Shown here piece by piece: positions 47,464-55,314 of a DNA stretch of 64,000 nt. Position 1 is the first letter of the stretch; the number at the start of each line of letters is the position of its first letter. The position numbers and the translations under genes are program-made. The notes under the pieces are model-generated. The model was not told the DNA's origin. It saw only the letters and a list, made by a program, of their open reading frames with translations, and did no database searches. Source of the stretch: an uncultured bacterium (GTDB taxonomy: Bacteria; Patescibacteriota; Minisyncoccia; Phycocordibacterales; Phycocordibacteraceae); the NCBI GenBank assembly GCA_963851445.1, contig CAWKPH010000001.1, positions 553,363 through 617,362 of the forward strand, given 5' to 3'.

Positions 47464-48018
47464 TTAGAAAATCTCATGAATGAAGCCGAGCTCTTTGGCT
47501 TCTTCGGCACTCATATCCCGATCTTCCGCAAGCAGCTTACGCATCCTGCGAATCGGCATGCCGGTTTTGTCAGAATACATGCGAACGATTGTTTCTTCTT
47601 GCTTAACTGCTTCATCGATGAGTTCCTGCATTCGAGCTTTGCTTTTGACTGAGCTCGTTGGAAGGTTCATCCATGAGTGCCGCCCTTCGTGAACAAGTAT
47701 TGTTGAACCTTCTTCACAAAGGCGACGATCACACATGAGAAGTATCGTTACCGCTGCAGATCTCGCAGCGCCATAGACACGAACGGTCTTGTGGCCCATG
47801 TAGTCTTGCAGAAGCCGAGCGATGAAAAGGCCAGCTCTTTCGTACCCGCCATGACTTGATAGACGTATTTGTATAGCGGGCGAGTCGCGCGCTGTGAGGA
47901 CGGTCATGGCCGCAAGCACATACTCGGCCATTTGTTGGTCGACCTCCCCTTGAAGGAAGAGAGTATTCTTATCCAGCAGCTCTCTTTCGAGACCTGTCAT
48001 GCAATTGTCTAGCGACAT
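47464..48018 (-). CDS. ClpP-like (S14 family) serine protease (cassette gene)
   Basis: GAARSAAVTILLMCD (Ser region) and VHEGRH (His region) line up with the ClpP catalytic motifs. Promoter GCGGAGC ATAAA TTGACG N16 TATTAT. Confidence 0.55.
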   Translation of the reverse strand: MSLDNCMTGLERELLDKNTLFLQGEVDQQMAEYVLAAMTVLTARDSPAIQIRLSSHGGYERAGLFIARLLQDYMGHKTVRVYGAARSAAVTILLMCDRRLCEEGSTILVHEGRHSWMNLPTSSVKSKARMQELIDEAVKQEETIVRMYSDKTGMPIRRMRKLLAEDRDMSAEEAKELGFIHEIF

Positions 48019-48090
48019 TTAACTAACATCTCCGATGCAGACGTAATTTCCTGAATGATAATAACACGAACCAATGATTCGTCAATTTAT

Positions 48091-48150
48091 GCTCCGCCTC
48101 ATAGAGGATGTTAGAACGCGGGTGGTATGAAAAACCGCCCTTTCTTGAGG
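48091..48150 (+). repeat. Cassette-array repeat A14 (GCTCCGCCTCATAGAGGATGTTAGAACGCGGGTGGTATGAAAAACC + hairpin CCGCCCT..AGGGACGG)
   Basis: Family A copy. Confidence 0.8.
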
Positions 48151-48173
48151 GACGGTCTTGAGTGTTATGCGGA

Positions 48174-48530
48174 TCAGAGTCCGTTTCGAGCGTAAAAGTC
48201 CTGAGAAGCTTTGGCGTATGCGGTCGGATCGCCATTGAGCTTTACGACACGGCTGATCATTCCCAACGACCCGCTCCCTTTGAGGCTTCTCAGAACATCA
48301 AGACTACCGTTTGCAAGGTCGATGCGTTCTGGAAAGCCATTCTTGTAGTAGATGTCGCCGCTGCAAGATACGGGATTCGACTCACAGCCCTCCACCCATG
48401 CAGAGACTTCTGCGGGGGGTGGGGAATTGGAGGACGATACGCTGTGATGCTTGCCAAGAACGGCGTGAAAATAGAGGATGGCAAACACGACGATTAGTCC
48501 AAGGAAAAGGTACCGACCACGCATATCCAA
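48174..48530 (-). CDS. Secreted hypothetical protein (likely start ATG at 48524) (cassette gene)
   Basis: Signal peptide MRGRYLFLGLIVVFAILYFHA. Promoter TTGACA N17 ATAATA and SD AGGAGG. Confidence 0.5.
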   Translation of the reverse strand: MDMRGRYLFLGLIVVFAILYFHAVLGKHHSVSSSNSPPPAEVSAWVEGCESNPVSCSGDIYYKNGFPERIDLANGSLDVLRSLKGSGSLGMISRVVKLNGDPTAYAKASQDFYARNGL

Positions 48531-48608
48531 AACCCCTCCTTAGGGCAGTAGCATGAACATTCTGACTGCATCTATTATGCAAAGGTCACAATGCATGTCA
48601 AGTATAAG

Positions 48609-48692
48609 TGCTCTGCTATGAGGTTAGAACGCGGGTATGAAAAAAGCCGCCCGGAGCACAACGAAGTAAACTCCGGGGGCTTCAGGCGGTCA
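48609..48692 (+). repeat. Cassette-array repeat A15 (GTGCTCTGCTATGAGGTTAGAACGCGGGTATGAAAAAAG + hairpin GCCGCCCGGAG..CTCCGGGGGC)
   Basis: Family A copy. The hairpin plus T-run on the minus strand terminates 48690..49529. Confidence 0.75.
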
Positions 48693-49529
48693 GTTGTAAA
48701 TGCGATCCAGATAGAGCACGGTGCCGTAACATTTTTCGCTCCAGAGGATGTGAACGTAGTCTCTCCAGTTCGCAAATGGCAGAATATAGCCGCCGAACTT
48801 CCTGGGCAGGTTATTCGGTAGATATCGCTGCATCTCGTGCCTTGCGCGGTCAGTAAGTGGAAAAAGAATCTTCTGGTCGCCGTACGAGAGAACGGCCATC
48901 GAATCTCCGGTTCTCTGCTGCTGCCGAATCTTCTCCGGAATGACCAGGAAGTCGAACCAGTGCTTTTGGAAGCGCGAGTTCAGGGGTGGTTCTTGCCCAA
49001 ACTCCTCATCGACAGGGCTTGAGTAGCTCGCAATTGCCGGTCGTCCAGGGATGGGCGTCGCGGTCTTGGTGTCGAAGTTGAAGTGCGCAAGGATCCGCAT
49101 GACGTGAGCGAGTGCACCAGCCGCATCCTCCTTGCGGAAGTTTCGAACCTCACTCGTCGGCCAGTTTTGTCCAGGGCACGGAATCTGGCATTGCATGATG
49201 CTGAAGTCGCCTTCGAAAGCGTAACGGACATAGGCGATGCAGTCGTCATTCTTGACGAAACCAACTCCCTCGAGGTGAGCCATGTCCTCGTCTGCTACTG
49301 CACCGGCGAGCAGATTGATCTGCCAGGAATCCTGTGGCGTCGCACCAACATTGCAGACACCGATATGTCCGGGATGGACGTCGGTGATGCGCATCTTGTC
49401 GCTCAGTCCGCAGAACTCGATGCATTCTTGAAGCAGCTTGGCGAACTGCTCGGCGCGTGGCAGAGAGGCTGTCTTGTCGATGTCTCTTTGACGCTCATAG
49501 GCTTCTCGTTCGAGCGATGTGTCGCTCAT
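48690..49529 (-). CDS. Hypothetical protein, 279 aa (cassette gene)
   Basis: Promoter GCGGAGCACAAT TTGACA N15-17 TATATAAA upstream on the minus strand. Confidence 0.5.
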   Translation of the reverse strand: MSDTSLEREAYERQRDIDKTASLPRAEQFAKLLQECIEFCGLSDKMRITDVHPGHIGVCNVGATPQDSWQINLLAGAVADEDMAHLEGVGFVKNDDCIAYVRYAFEGDFSIMQCQIPCPGQNWPTSEVRNFRKEDAAGALAHVMRILAHFNFDTKTATPIPGRPAIASYSSPVDEEFGQEPPLNSRFQKHWFDFLVIPEKIRQQQRTGDSMAVLSYGDQKILFPLTDRARHEMQRYLPNNLPRKFGGYILPFANWRDYVHILWSEKCYGTVLYLDRIYN

Positions 49530-49630
49530 GGTTTGAACCTTTCTTGCTGCTAGAATGAATAGAACGAACGGACTTCAGGAGCCCGTACTGTGGTGTTTTA
49601 TATAATGGAGTTCTGAACTTGTCAAATTGT

Positions 49631-49716
49631 GCTCCGCCTCTGCTATGAGGTTAGAACGTGGGTATGAAAAAACCGCAAGAGAGGGGATTGGACCCTCGTC
49701 CTGCGGCGTCAAAGGT
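49631..49716 (+). repeat. Cassette-array repeat A16 (GCTCCGCCTCTGCTATGAGGTTAGAACGTGGGTATGAAAAAACC + hairpin)
   Basis: Family A copy. Confidence 0.8.
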
Positions 49717-49731
49717 AGTTCTTGCTCGATC

Positions 49732-50406
49732 TCAAACGTACCCTTTGGTTCGTGCCCGTGCGTACATGCTCTCCGCATCAGCCTTTAGCTCCTCGAGGAG
49801 GTGACTGTTCACGGTGAGGGAACTAGGGGCGTCTAACGAGTCAGCTACCTGTCCAACCAGAGCGCCTTCCTGATTTATCATTGGGCTGCCCGACAATCCC
49901 GGATGGATTCCCGGAATCTCGAACAGTCGCACATCCCGAGCACGATCGCGGCTACCAATCCAAATTGCCGATTTGATGATGATGTCCGTGGCACAGCCTG
50001 TAAGGTGGGTATCAGCCAGCGTGCCTTTCCATGCCACCTCGAACCGGTCCTCGGACGACCCCACCACATATTCGGGAATTGCTATAGGCTCGCCCTCACT
50101 TAGAGAGATTGCCCATGGCAACGGCTCGGCGACAAGTGGCCTTTGCAGAATCGCGATGGCACAGTCAAGGTTCTTGGAGAAAGCGACGTTCGGTACAGCA
50201 CAGCGCATGTCGGTTGATACGTGCCGAGCAATTACTGTTTCCGGCACGGCACCAGTAAAATTATGTGCACAGGTAAGGGTGGCGCGGCGGTTGGGGAAGC
50301 AGGCAAAACCAGAACCCCATCCAACCGTCCCATCTTGCTTCCCGATGGTAAAAATGACCATCGCCTGCCGAAGCTGTTGAAGAACTTGTTGGCGGAATAG
50401 GCTCAC
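49732..50406 (-). CDS. Trypsin-like (S1 family) serine protease (cassette gene)
   Basis: His LTCAHNF, Asp DCAIAIL and Ser GLSGSPM motifs. Confidence 0.6.
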   Translation of the reverse strand: MSLFRQQVLQQLRQAMVIFTIGKQDGTVGWGSGFACFPNRRATLTCAHNFTGAVPETVIARHVSTDMRCAVPNVAFSKNLDCAIAILQRPLVAEPLPWAISLSEGEPIAIPEYVVGSSEDRFEVAWKGTLADTHLTGCATDIIIKSAIWIGSRDRARDVRLFEIPGIHPGLSGSPMINQEGALVGQVADSLDAPSSLTVNSHLLEELKADAESMYARARTKGYV

Positions 50407-50465
50407 CTTGCGACCCTTTCATGTCTGATTCCGAAGGGACTATAGCATGGAAATCGAAATTGTCT

Positions 50466-50540
50466 GCTCCGCATGATAGAGGACTTTAGAACGTGTTTGG
50501 TATAAAAAAGGCCACCGAAGGGGTTCCGGTGGGTGAGACT
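50466..50540 (+). repeat. Cassette-array repeat A17 (GCTCCGCATGATAGAGGACTTTAGAACGTGTTTGGTATAAAAAAGG + hairpin CCACCGAAGG..CCGGTGG)
   Basis: Full-length family A copy. Confidence 0.8.
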
Positions 50541-50552
50541 TAGCCTCGAGGA

Positions 50553-50894
50553 TTACTTGTTGCTGCTGATTTGTTTCAGCACACCTGGGCTGCAGGGAAC
50601 CCAGGTGATGGTCATGCTGTCGGCATTGGCCTTGCCCAGCTCTGCACTCATGGTGACGCCATAGCACTCGCCGGAGAGAGAGTCTTTCACGTAGGTGACC
50701 TTGGCCACCGCGGCGCTGGCTGTTTCTGGGTCTGGCTTGCGGGTCTGCACGCCGCACGCACTGAGCGCGAGAACGGAGGACAGAACAACACCGACTTTCA
50801 AGCTTGAGCGGATGCTCATGATATGTCTCCTAAATAGGAACAGTTGCCGAACTAATACTACAGTGACAGTAGGATAGGCACAGTATGTTGTCAA
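50553..50894 (-). CDS. Lipoprotein (likely start MSIRSS..., lipobox LSAC) (cassette gene)
   Basis: Signal peptide and LALSAC G lipobox. Confidence 0.5.
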   Translation of the reverse strand: MTTYCAYPTVTVVLVRQLFLFRRHIMSIRSSLKVGVVLSSVLALSACGVQTRKPDPETASAAVAKVTYVKDSLSGECYGVTMSAELGKANADSMTITWVPCSPGVLKQISSNK

Positions 50895-50963
50895 GATTTG
50901 CTCCCCGATGTGGGAATCTTTATAAAATGAAAAAGGTCGGCACTTGCATGCCGACCCACCAAC

Positions 50964-51701
50964 CTAGTCCCCCTCAACTAAGTATTTAGAAATCCAGCCC
51001 TCCTCACGCGCGATGTTGACGACTCGAGAGGACTCATTGTGCGTCAAGCCGTATTTGGTCTCAAGTCCGCGACGCAAGGCCTCTGTTCTACCGCCAAACA
51101 CCATGAACTCTCCATCAGAATCTTCGAAGCCGAGTTCGCGGAGTAGATCTCGGGTCTTCCACACCGTTTGCCAAAAACGAGTCCGCAGGTCATGTTCGAG
51201 AGACTCTGGTGCTCCGCGGTCTGTATGAAGTGCAAGCAGCTCGCTGACCGTTGGGCGCCTAAAGCGCAGGAACTCCTGATCATTAGGCGCAAAATCATCA
51301 ATGTAGCTCTCCATACACAGGATCAGCTCGAGTGAGACTGTGGGGAGGCCTATTGCCGGCTGCCTCAAGAGCTCTTCCTTTGAGAAAGCTCGTAGAATTT
51401 CTGGTGTCACAGTAGTTTGAGGCATGAAGGGCCAGTCAAAACGAGTCAATCCGAGATCGGTAAGTTTGCGCGTAAAAGTACGCATGGGCGAAGTTGCTTT
51501 GTAGTGACGGATATACTGACGAGAGCTATACAAGACTTGCTCAACCGTAATTACAGAGCAAAGCCATGCCTCGTTCCTTTTTCGTTCTTCAGTATCCTCG
51601 CCAAGAGGTCGACACGCTCTTCGAATCAATTCACTGGTGCTGGTGGAACGCAACCCCAACTGCTCAATAGTCATGTGAAAGATCTGTTCCTTGAGGCTCA
51701 T
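50964..51701 (-). CDS. Hypothetical protein, 245 aa (cassette gene)
   Basis: No recognisable motifs. It is the last minus-strand module before the degenerate repeat A18. Confidence 0.45.
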   Translation of the reverse strand: MSLKEQIFHMTIEQLGLRSTSTSELIRRACRPLGEDTEERKRNEAWLCSVITVEQVLYSSRQYIRHYKATSPMRTFTRKLTDLGLTRFDWPFMPQTTVTPEILRAFSKEELLRQPAIGLPTVSLELILCMESYIDDFAPNDQEFLRFRRPTVSELLALHTDRGAPESLEHDLRTRFWQTVWKTRDLLRELGFEDSDGEFMVFGGRTEALRRGLETKYGLTHNESSRVVNIAREEGWISKYLVEGD

Positions 51702-51795
51702 GGCCTTCTCCTGTCTAGTATCGCTTCCAGGGTCGGAATGCGATATAAAGCTTACCCTAGTGCATTTTGCGTACTAGTCAATAAATACCGACGAC

Positions 51796-51835
51796 TAGTG
51801 CTATGAGATTAGAACGTGTTTGATATAGAGGAAGG
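51796..51835 (+). repeat. Cassette-array repeat A18, degenerate (CTAGTGCTATGAGATTAGAACGTGTTTGATATAGAGGAAG)
   Basis: Retains TATGAG-TTAGAACGTGTTTG. Confidence 0.55.
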
Positions 51836-51846
51836 GCGTATTTGAG

Positions 51847-51879
51847 GGGTTTACAATGAGCCAAAAAGGGGTTTACAAT
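51847..51879 (+). promoter_or_regulatory. Direct repeat GGGGTTTACAAT x2 (22-bp periodicity) upstream of 51887 gene; possible -35/-10 (TTTACA N17 TACAAT) or operator
   Basis: Two identical 12-mers 10 nt apart. They end 8 nt before the ATG. Confidence 0.4.
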
Positions 51880-51886
51880 AACTTTA

Positions 51887-52903
51887 ATGGCAGATGACAA
51901 AGGGGCAGTCGTTGACTTTATATTCAAGAATGTTGAAGAGCATACAACAGATATTGCAGCTCTGCTTGTCCAAGAATTTGGATTTTCCAGACAAAGAGCC
52001 AATTTCTACCTGTCTAGAGAAGTAGAAAGAGGGACACTAATACCTTTTGGGAATACTCGAGCAAGACGTTATTTCCTTGCGGGAGGGAGCCATATTGAAT
52101 TTCAGTTGCCTTTAGAAGGGCTTTCAGAGGATAGGGTTTGGCTAAGATATATAAAACCAATGGTGCTTGCATATCCAAACAACATCTTGCGAATAGCGAA
52201 TTATGGTTTTACTGAGATATTGAACAATGCGATAGACCATTCAGGTGGAACGAGTGCATATGTGAGCCTACAGCGTACGCAGGGAAAGCTTCAATTCACA
52301 ATAATGGACAACGGTATTGGTATATACGAAAAAATAAAACAAGCCCTAAACTTAAGCTCTCCTCGTGAAGCGATACTTCATTTGTCAAAAGGGAAGTTCA
52401 CCACCGATCCATCAAACCATACGGGGCAAGGTATATTCTTCACCTCAAGGATTTTTGATAAGTTTTCAATCTCGTCGGACGACATGTATTATTCTTTTTC
52501 AGGTATGGAATGGTTTCTTTCTAACGAAAAACCAGAGAAGTTTGGTAATGGAACTTCTATACAAATGGAAGTGTCGCTAGATTCAAAAATAACACCAGAA
52601 GAAATAATGGATAAATACTCAGATTTGGAAATAGGGTTCACGAAAACGATAGTCGCAGTGGCTCTGAGTGAAGATCCTAACGACCCACACGTATCTAGAT
52701 CTCAAGCAAAGAGACTAATGATGGGGTTAGAGAAATTTCAAACCATTGTTCTTGATTTTAAGGGAGTAGGATCGGTCGGCCAGGCCTTTGTAGATGAGGT
52801 TTTTAGGGTATTTCAAAATGAATATCCTAATATTAGAATCCAATATATTAATGCAAATCCAGAAGTCGATTTGATGATTAAGAGAGGCCTAGCAACAGGT
52901 TAA
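51887..52903 (+). CDS. GHKL-type ATPase domain protein with C-terminal DUF4325/STAS-like domain
   Basis: ILNNAIDHSGG (N box) and IMDNGIGI (G1 box). C-terminal VVLDFKGVGSVGQAFVDEVFRVF. Confidence 0.5.
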   Translation: MADDKGAVVDFIFKNVEEHTTDIAALLVQEFGFSRQRANFYLSREVERGTLIPFGNTRARRYFLAGGSHIEFQLPLEGLSEDRVWLRYIKPMVLAYPNNILRIANYGFTEILNNAIDHSGGTSAYVSLQRTQGKLQFTIMDNGIGIYEKIKQALNLSSPREAILHLSKGKFTTDPSNHTGQGIFFTSRIFDKFSISSDDMYYSFSGMEWFLSNEKPEKFGNGTSIQMEVSLDSKITPEEIMDKYSDLEIGFTKTIVAVALSEDPNDPHVSRSQAKRLMMGLEKFQTIVLDFKGVGSVGQAFVDEVFRVFQNEYPNIRIQYINANPEVDLMIKRGLATG

Positions 52904-52909
52904 TTAGGA

Positions 52910-53164
52910 TTAAAATCGCAAAAGTTCCCAGCTCTCCATACGAAGGGCACGTGCAAGTCGCTCAATCGTGCCAAGAGTAAGATTTGCTTCTCCGCGCTCA
53001 ATCATTCCAATGTAGTTTCTGCTCAGTCCAGCGACTGAGGCTAGCGATTCTTGACTCAAACCTCGTCGGAGGCGTTCGTTTCTAAGCTTCTTGGCGAAAC
53101 GGGTAAGAACGGTTGACAACCTATCCATACCTGATGGTATTCGTAAACGGCCTACGTGAGGCAC
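52910..53164 (-). CDS. XRE-family helix-turn-helix transcriptional regulator
   Basis: LRRGLSQESLASVAGLSRNYIGMIERGEANLTLGTIERLARAL. Confidence 0.75.
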   Translation of the reverse strand: MPHVGRLRIPSGMDRLSTVLTRFAKKLRNERLRRGLSQESLASVAGLSRNYIGMIERGEANLTLGTIERLARALRMESWELLRF

Positions 53165-53249
53165 GGGAAATAAATCCAGCGTTCGAACCTAAAAATATCC
53201 TTGATTTGTCTGACGAAAATGAGGTTTTTGCCTCAATTCGTCCTAGAAT

Positions 53250-53290
53250 GCTCCGCATGTTGGTCGATGTCAGAACCTAAAAAATGAAAG
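53250..53290 (+). repeat. Cassette-array repeat, degenerate remnant (GCTCCGCATGTTGGTCGATGTCAGAACCTAAAAAATGAAAGG)
   Basis: Retains GCTCCGCATG, CAGAAC and an A-run. Confidence 0.45.
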
Positions 53291-53404
53291 GATTCTGGCA
53301 GCAACCGATCTGGGAGTGTGGTCACAGAATACCAAAGGGAACGATGTTGATAGTACTCCGTTACCAAAAGAGCGTCAAACGCAATATCGGTGTAAACTGT
53401 CTCC

Positions 53405-53953
53405 ATGTCCGATGGTAAAACCATAGAAGAACGTGCCAAGGAGTACGACGAGATTCGTAAGAATGCTGAAGAGCTCTACGCTACTTTCAAGCCTGTTAAA
53501 TGTCTCGCTCTTGGTGGCGAAATTGTGCATTTTACCTCAGAAGGCTTCAATCACCTTGTCTACGATAAGCCGAAGAAGATGCGAGATTTGCGTGCTCAGA
53601 TACTGAGATTCGATATGCTTGAAAGAGCGAAGTTTATTATCGAAACCTCAACGACCTATCAAGAGTATGATGAGGACATACGATACAAGAAGGTGAATAG
53701 GCACGGTAAGTATATTGAGATGCCTGTCATGGTACGTACCTGGGGACTGGTGGCAGTGGTCAGAAACTTTCGTGTAAAAGTCGTCATCAAGCAAGAAGGT
53801 AACGGCAAGAAAGAGTTCTATAGCGTCATACCTGCCTGGTTTACGAAGCAGTACCGAGATATAAAAATGATCCAGAGTTCGACTGGCAAAGGTCTGCTTT
53901 CAGAAGATGATGATGAGGTACTAAAAAACGCCACACAAGGTGGCGCTCTTTAG
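53405..53953 (+). CDS. Hypothetical protein, 182 aa
   Basis: ORF with a lysine-rich middle. No motifs. Confidence 0.4.
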   Translation: MSDGKTIEERAKEYDEIRKNAEELYATFKPVKCLALGGEIVHFTSEGFNHLVYDKPKKMRDLRAQILRFDMLERAKFIIETSTTYQEYDEDIRYKKVNRHGKYIEMPVMVRTWGLVAVVRNFRVKVVIKQEGNGKKEFYSVIPAWFTKQYRDIKMIQSSTGKGLLSEDDDEVLKNATQGGAL

Positions 53954-54235
53954 TATGTCTGTCTCCAGCTCAGAAATTGGCCAGATAGGACTGACGTCCC
54001 GCAGACACCTCACCAGTATACACTTTTGACGCAAGGAGACAAGGTTGTACACAGCCTGAAATATGCCCTACACAAAGCTTCACAGGAGCTTCATTTGGGC
54101 TGGCCGATTTTTAAGACAATTGCTCGAATAAACAAAAAACTCCCCCATAGGGAAGTTCTTTGGCAGAGTAGCGAGCAAACGAGATGCTCGTTCACTCCCG
54201 CAACGCGGCTCTCGGTATACCCGTAAGCGTGGGAG

Positions 54236-54287
54236 GGGAAGGGAGTATAAAAGAAAAAGCCTCGCAACCAGATGTTGCGAGGCTCCC
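54236..54287 (+). repeat. Cassette-array repeat B4 (GGGAAGGGAGTATAAAAGAAAAAG + hairpin GCCTCGCAAC..GTTGCGAGGCT)
   Basis: Short variant. The hairpin plus TTTTCTTTTATAC on the minus strand terminates 54314..54868. Confidence 0.65.
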
Positions 54288-54313
54288 GTGGCTAATCGGG
54301 CTAAGCCTGAATC

Positions 54314-54868
54314 TTAATGCCTCACTCGAAGGCGCTCGAAATCCCGTTTCAACATCCAGATCCTTGGATAGTGATTGTCGCAGGGATAGCCGAGCTTATC
54401 GATAGATTTATTAAGTGGCTCCGACGACCGTTTATAACGAACGGACACGCTCGTGCCATCCCTGCTTTGAGAGAGGCTGGTCAGGGTGCCCGGTTCCAAG
54501 AAACAGCCCTCACCATCGCCGCTCGGAACCCACTGCGGTTTACGGGAGGTATGCACGGTCTCTTTCTTGACCGGACATTCTCCCCGCATGGGACCAGACG
54601 TATAGCAGCGATTGGCAGCCCAAACGTCCGTCGAAGCGACAGTGAAAAGGGCTGCGAGAATGATAATCGAGCGCATGTGAGAGTATCCTTGTATTCGATT
54701 GTGAAGCCAGACAAACTGGCGGTGAACATTCTTGAATAAAGTAGCACGAGTATCGAAGTACGTCAAGGGTTCGTAATGTTTCAATACCTTGTACTCACCT
54801 TTAAAGTACAACCATGGCATACACCCAAAACCCCAGACTGTATTATCCGGGGTTCCCGTCGAAGGCAT
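54314..54868 (-). CDS. Secreted hypothetical protein, 184 aa
   Basis: Internal signal-like segment MRSIIILAALFTVASTDVWA. The true start is probably that Met. Confidence 0.4.
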   Translation of the reverse strand: MPSTGTPDNTVWGFGCMPWLYFKGEYKVLKHYEPLTYFDTRATLFKNVHRQFVWLHNRIQGYSHMRSIIILAALFTVASTDVWAANRCYTSGPMRGECPVKKETVHTSRKPQWVPSGDGEGCFLEPGTLTSLSQSRDGTSVSVRYKRSSEPLNKSIDKLGYPCDNHYPRIWMLKRDFERLRVRH

Positions 54869-55314
54869 GTCGGGTAAGCCTTAAAGAGCATTTCTGCAAA
54901 AGACCTATCTGATCCTGGCCTCTCAGTGTCGAGGGTGCCATTCCTCAACAACTGAGAGGTTATCCAGGATCTTCGTCATCCAGCTCACAGACCCTCGCCA
55001 TTGGTGTCATGCACCAACGCAGGCTTGGAATCCCTGGAATGACGTGGCCGGATAGGCGACCACCTCTGTTGCTTGTACATATCTTCCTGGGCGAGTGCTA
55101 CTCACCGCACTTGTGTGCTGCAGGAAAACAGTATTCATCAAGCATTTCGGACCCTGGTAAGGCTAGGTACTCACTGGCTAGTGAGTACTACATGCTCCAT
55201 TGGTCACCTGAGTGACATGAAGCACCTAGCAAAACCGCTCCGTGGCCCAAGAGAGGGCACATGTACTTGCATAGGGACTTTGCCCTATCAGCTCACGAAA
55301 CTTTCGCGAGCTGA

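Noticed and set aside
38557-50540. Canonical integron attC sites, or a sigma70 promoter inside the box on the plus strand
   Set aside because: Only one GTTAGAAC-like core is present per element and no paired inverse core (RYYYAAC ... GTTRRRY) flanks the variable hairpin. No intI was seen in the window. I therefore keep 'integron-like' as an analogy only. On the plus strand TTAGAA and TATAAA are only ~9 nt apart, too close for a -35/-10 pair. An archaeal-style BRE/TATA reading was also discarded, because the genome encodes bacterial sigma factors.
38130-54290. CRISPR array
   Set aside because: The repeats are 45-90 bp with 400-1200 bp irregular spacers, each containing a full ORF with its promoter and terminator. 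No cas genes are present. This is not CRISPR geometry.
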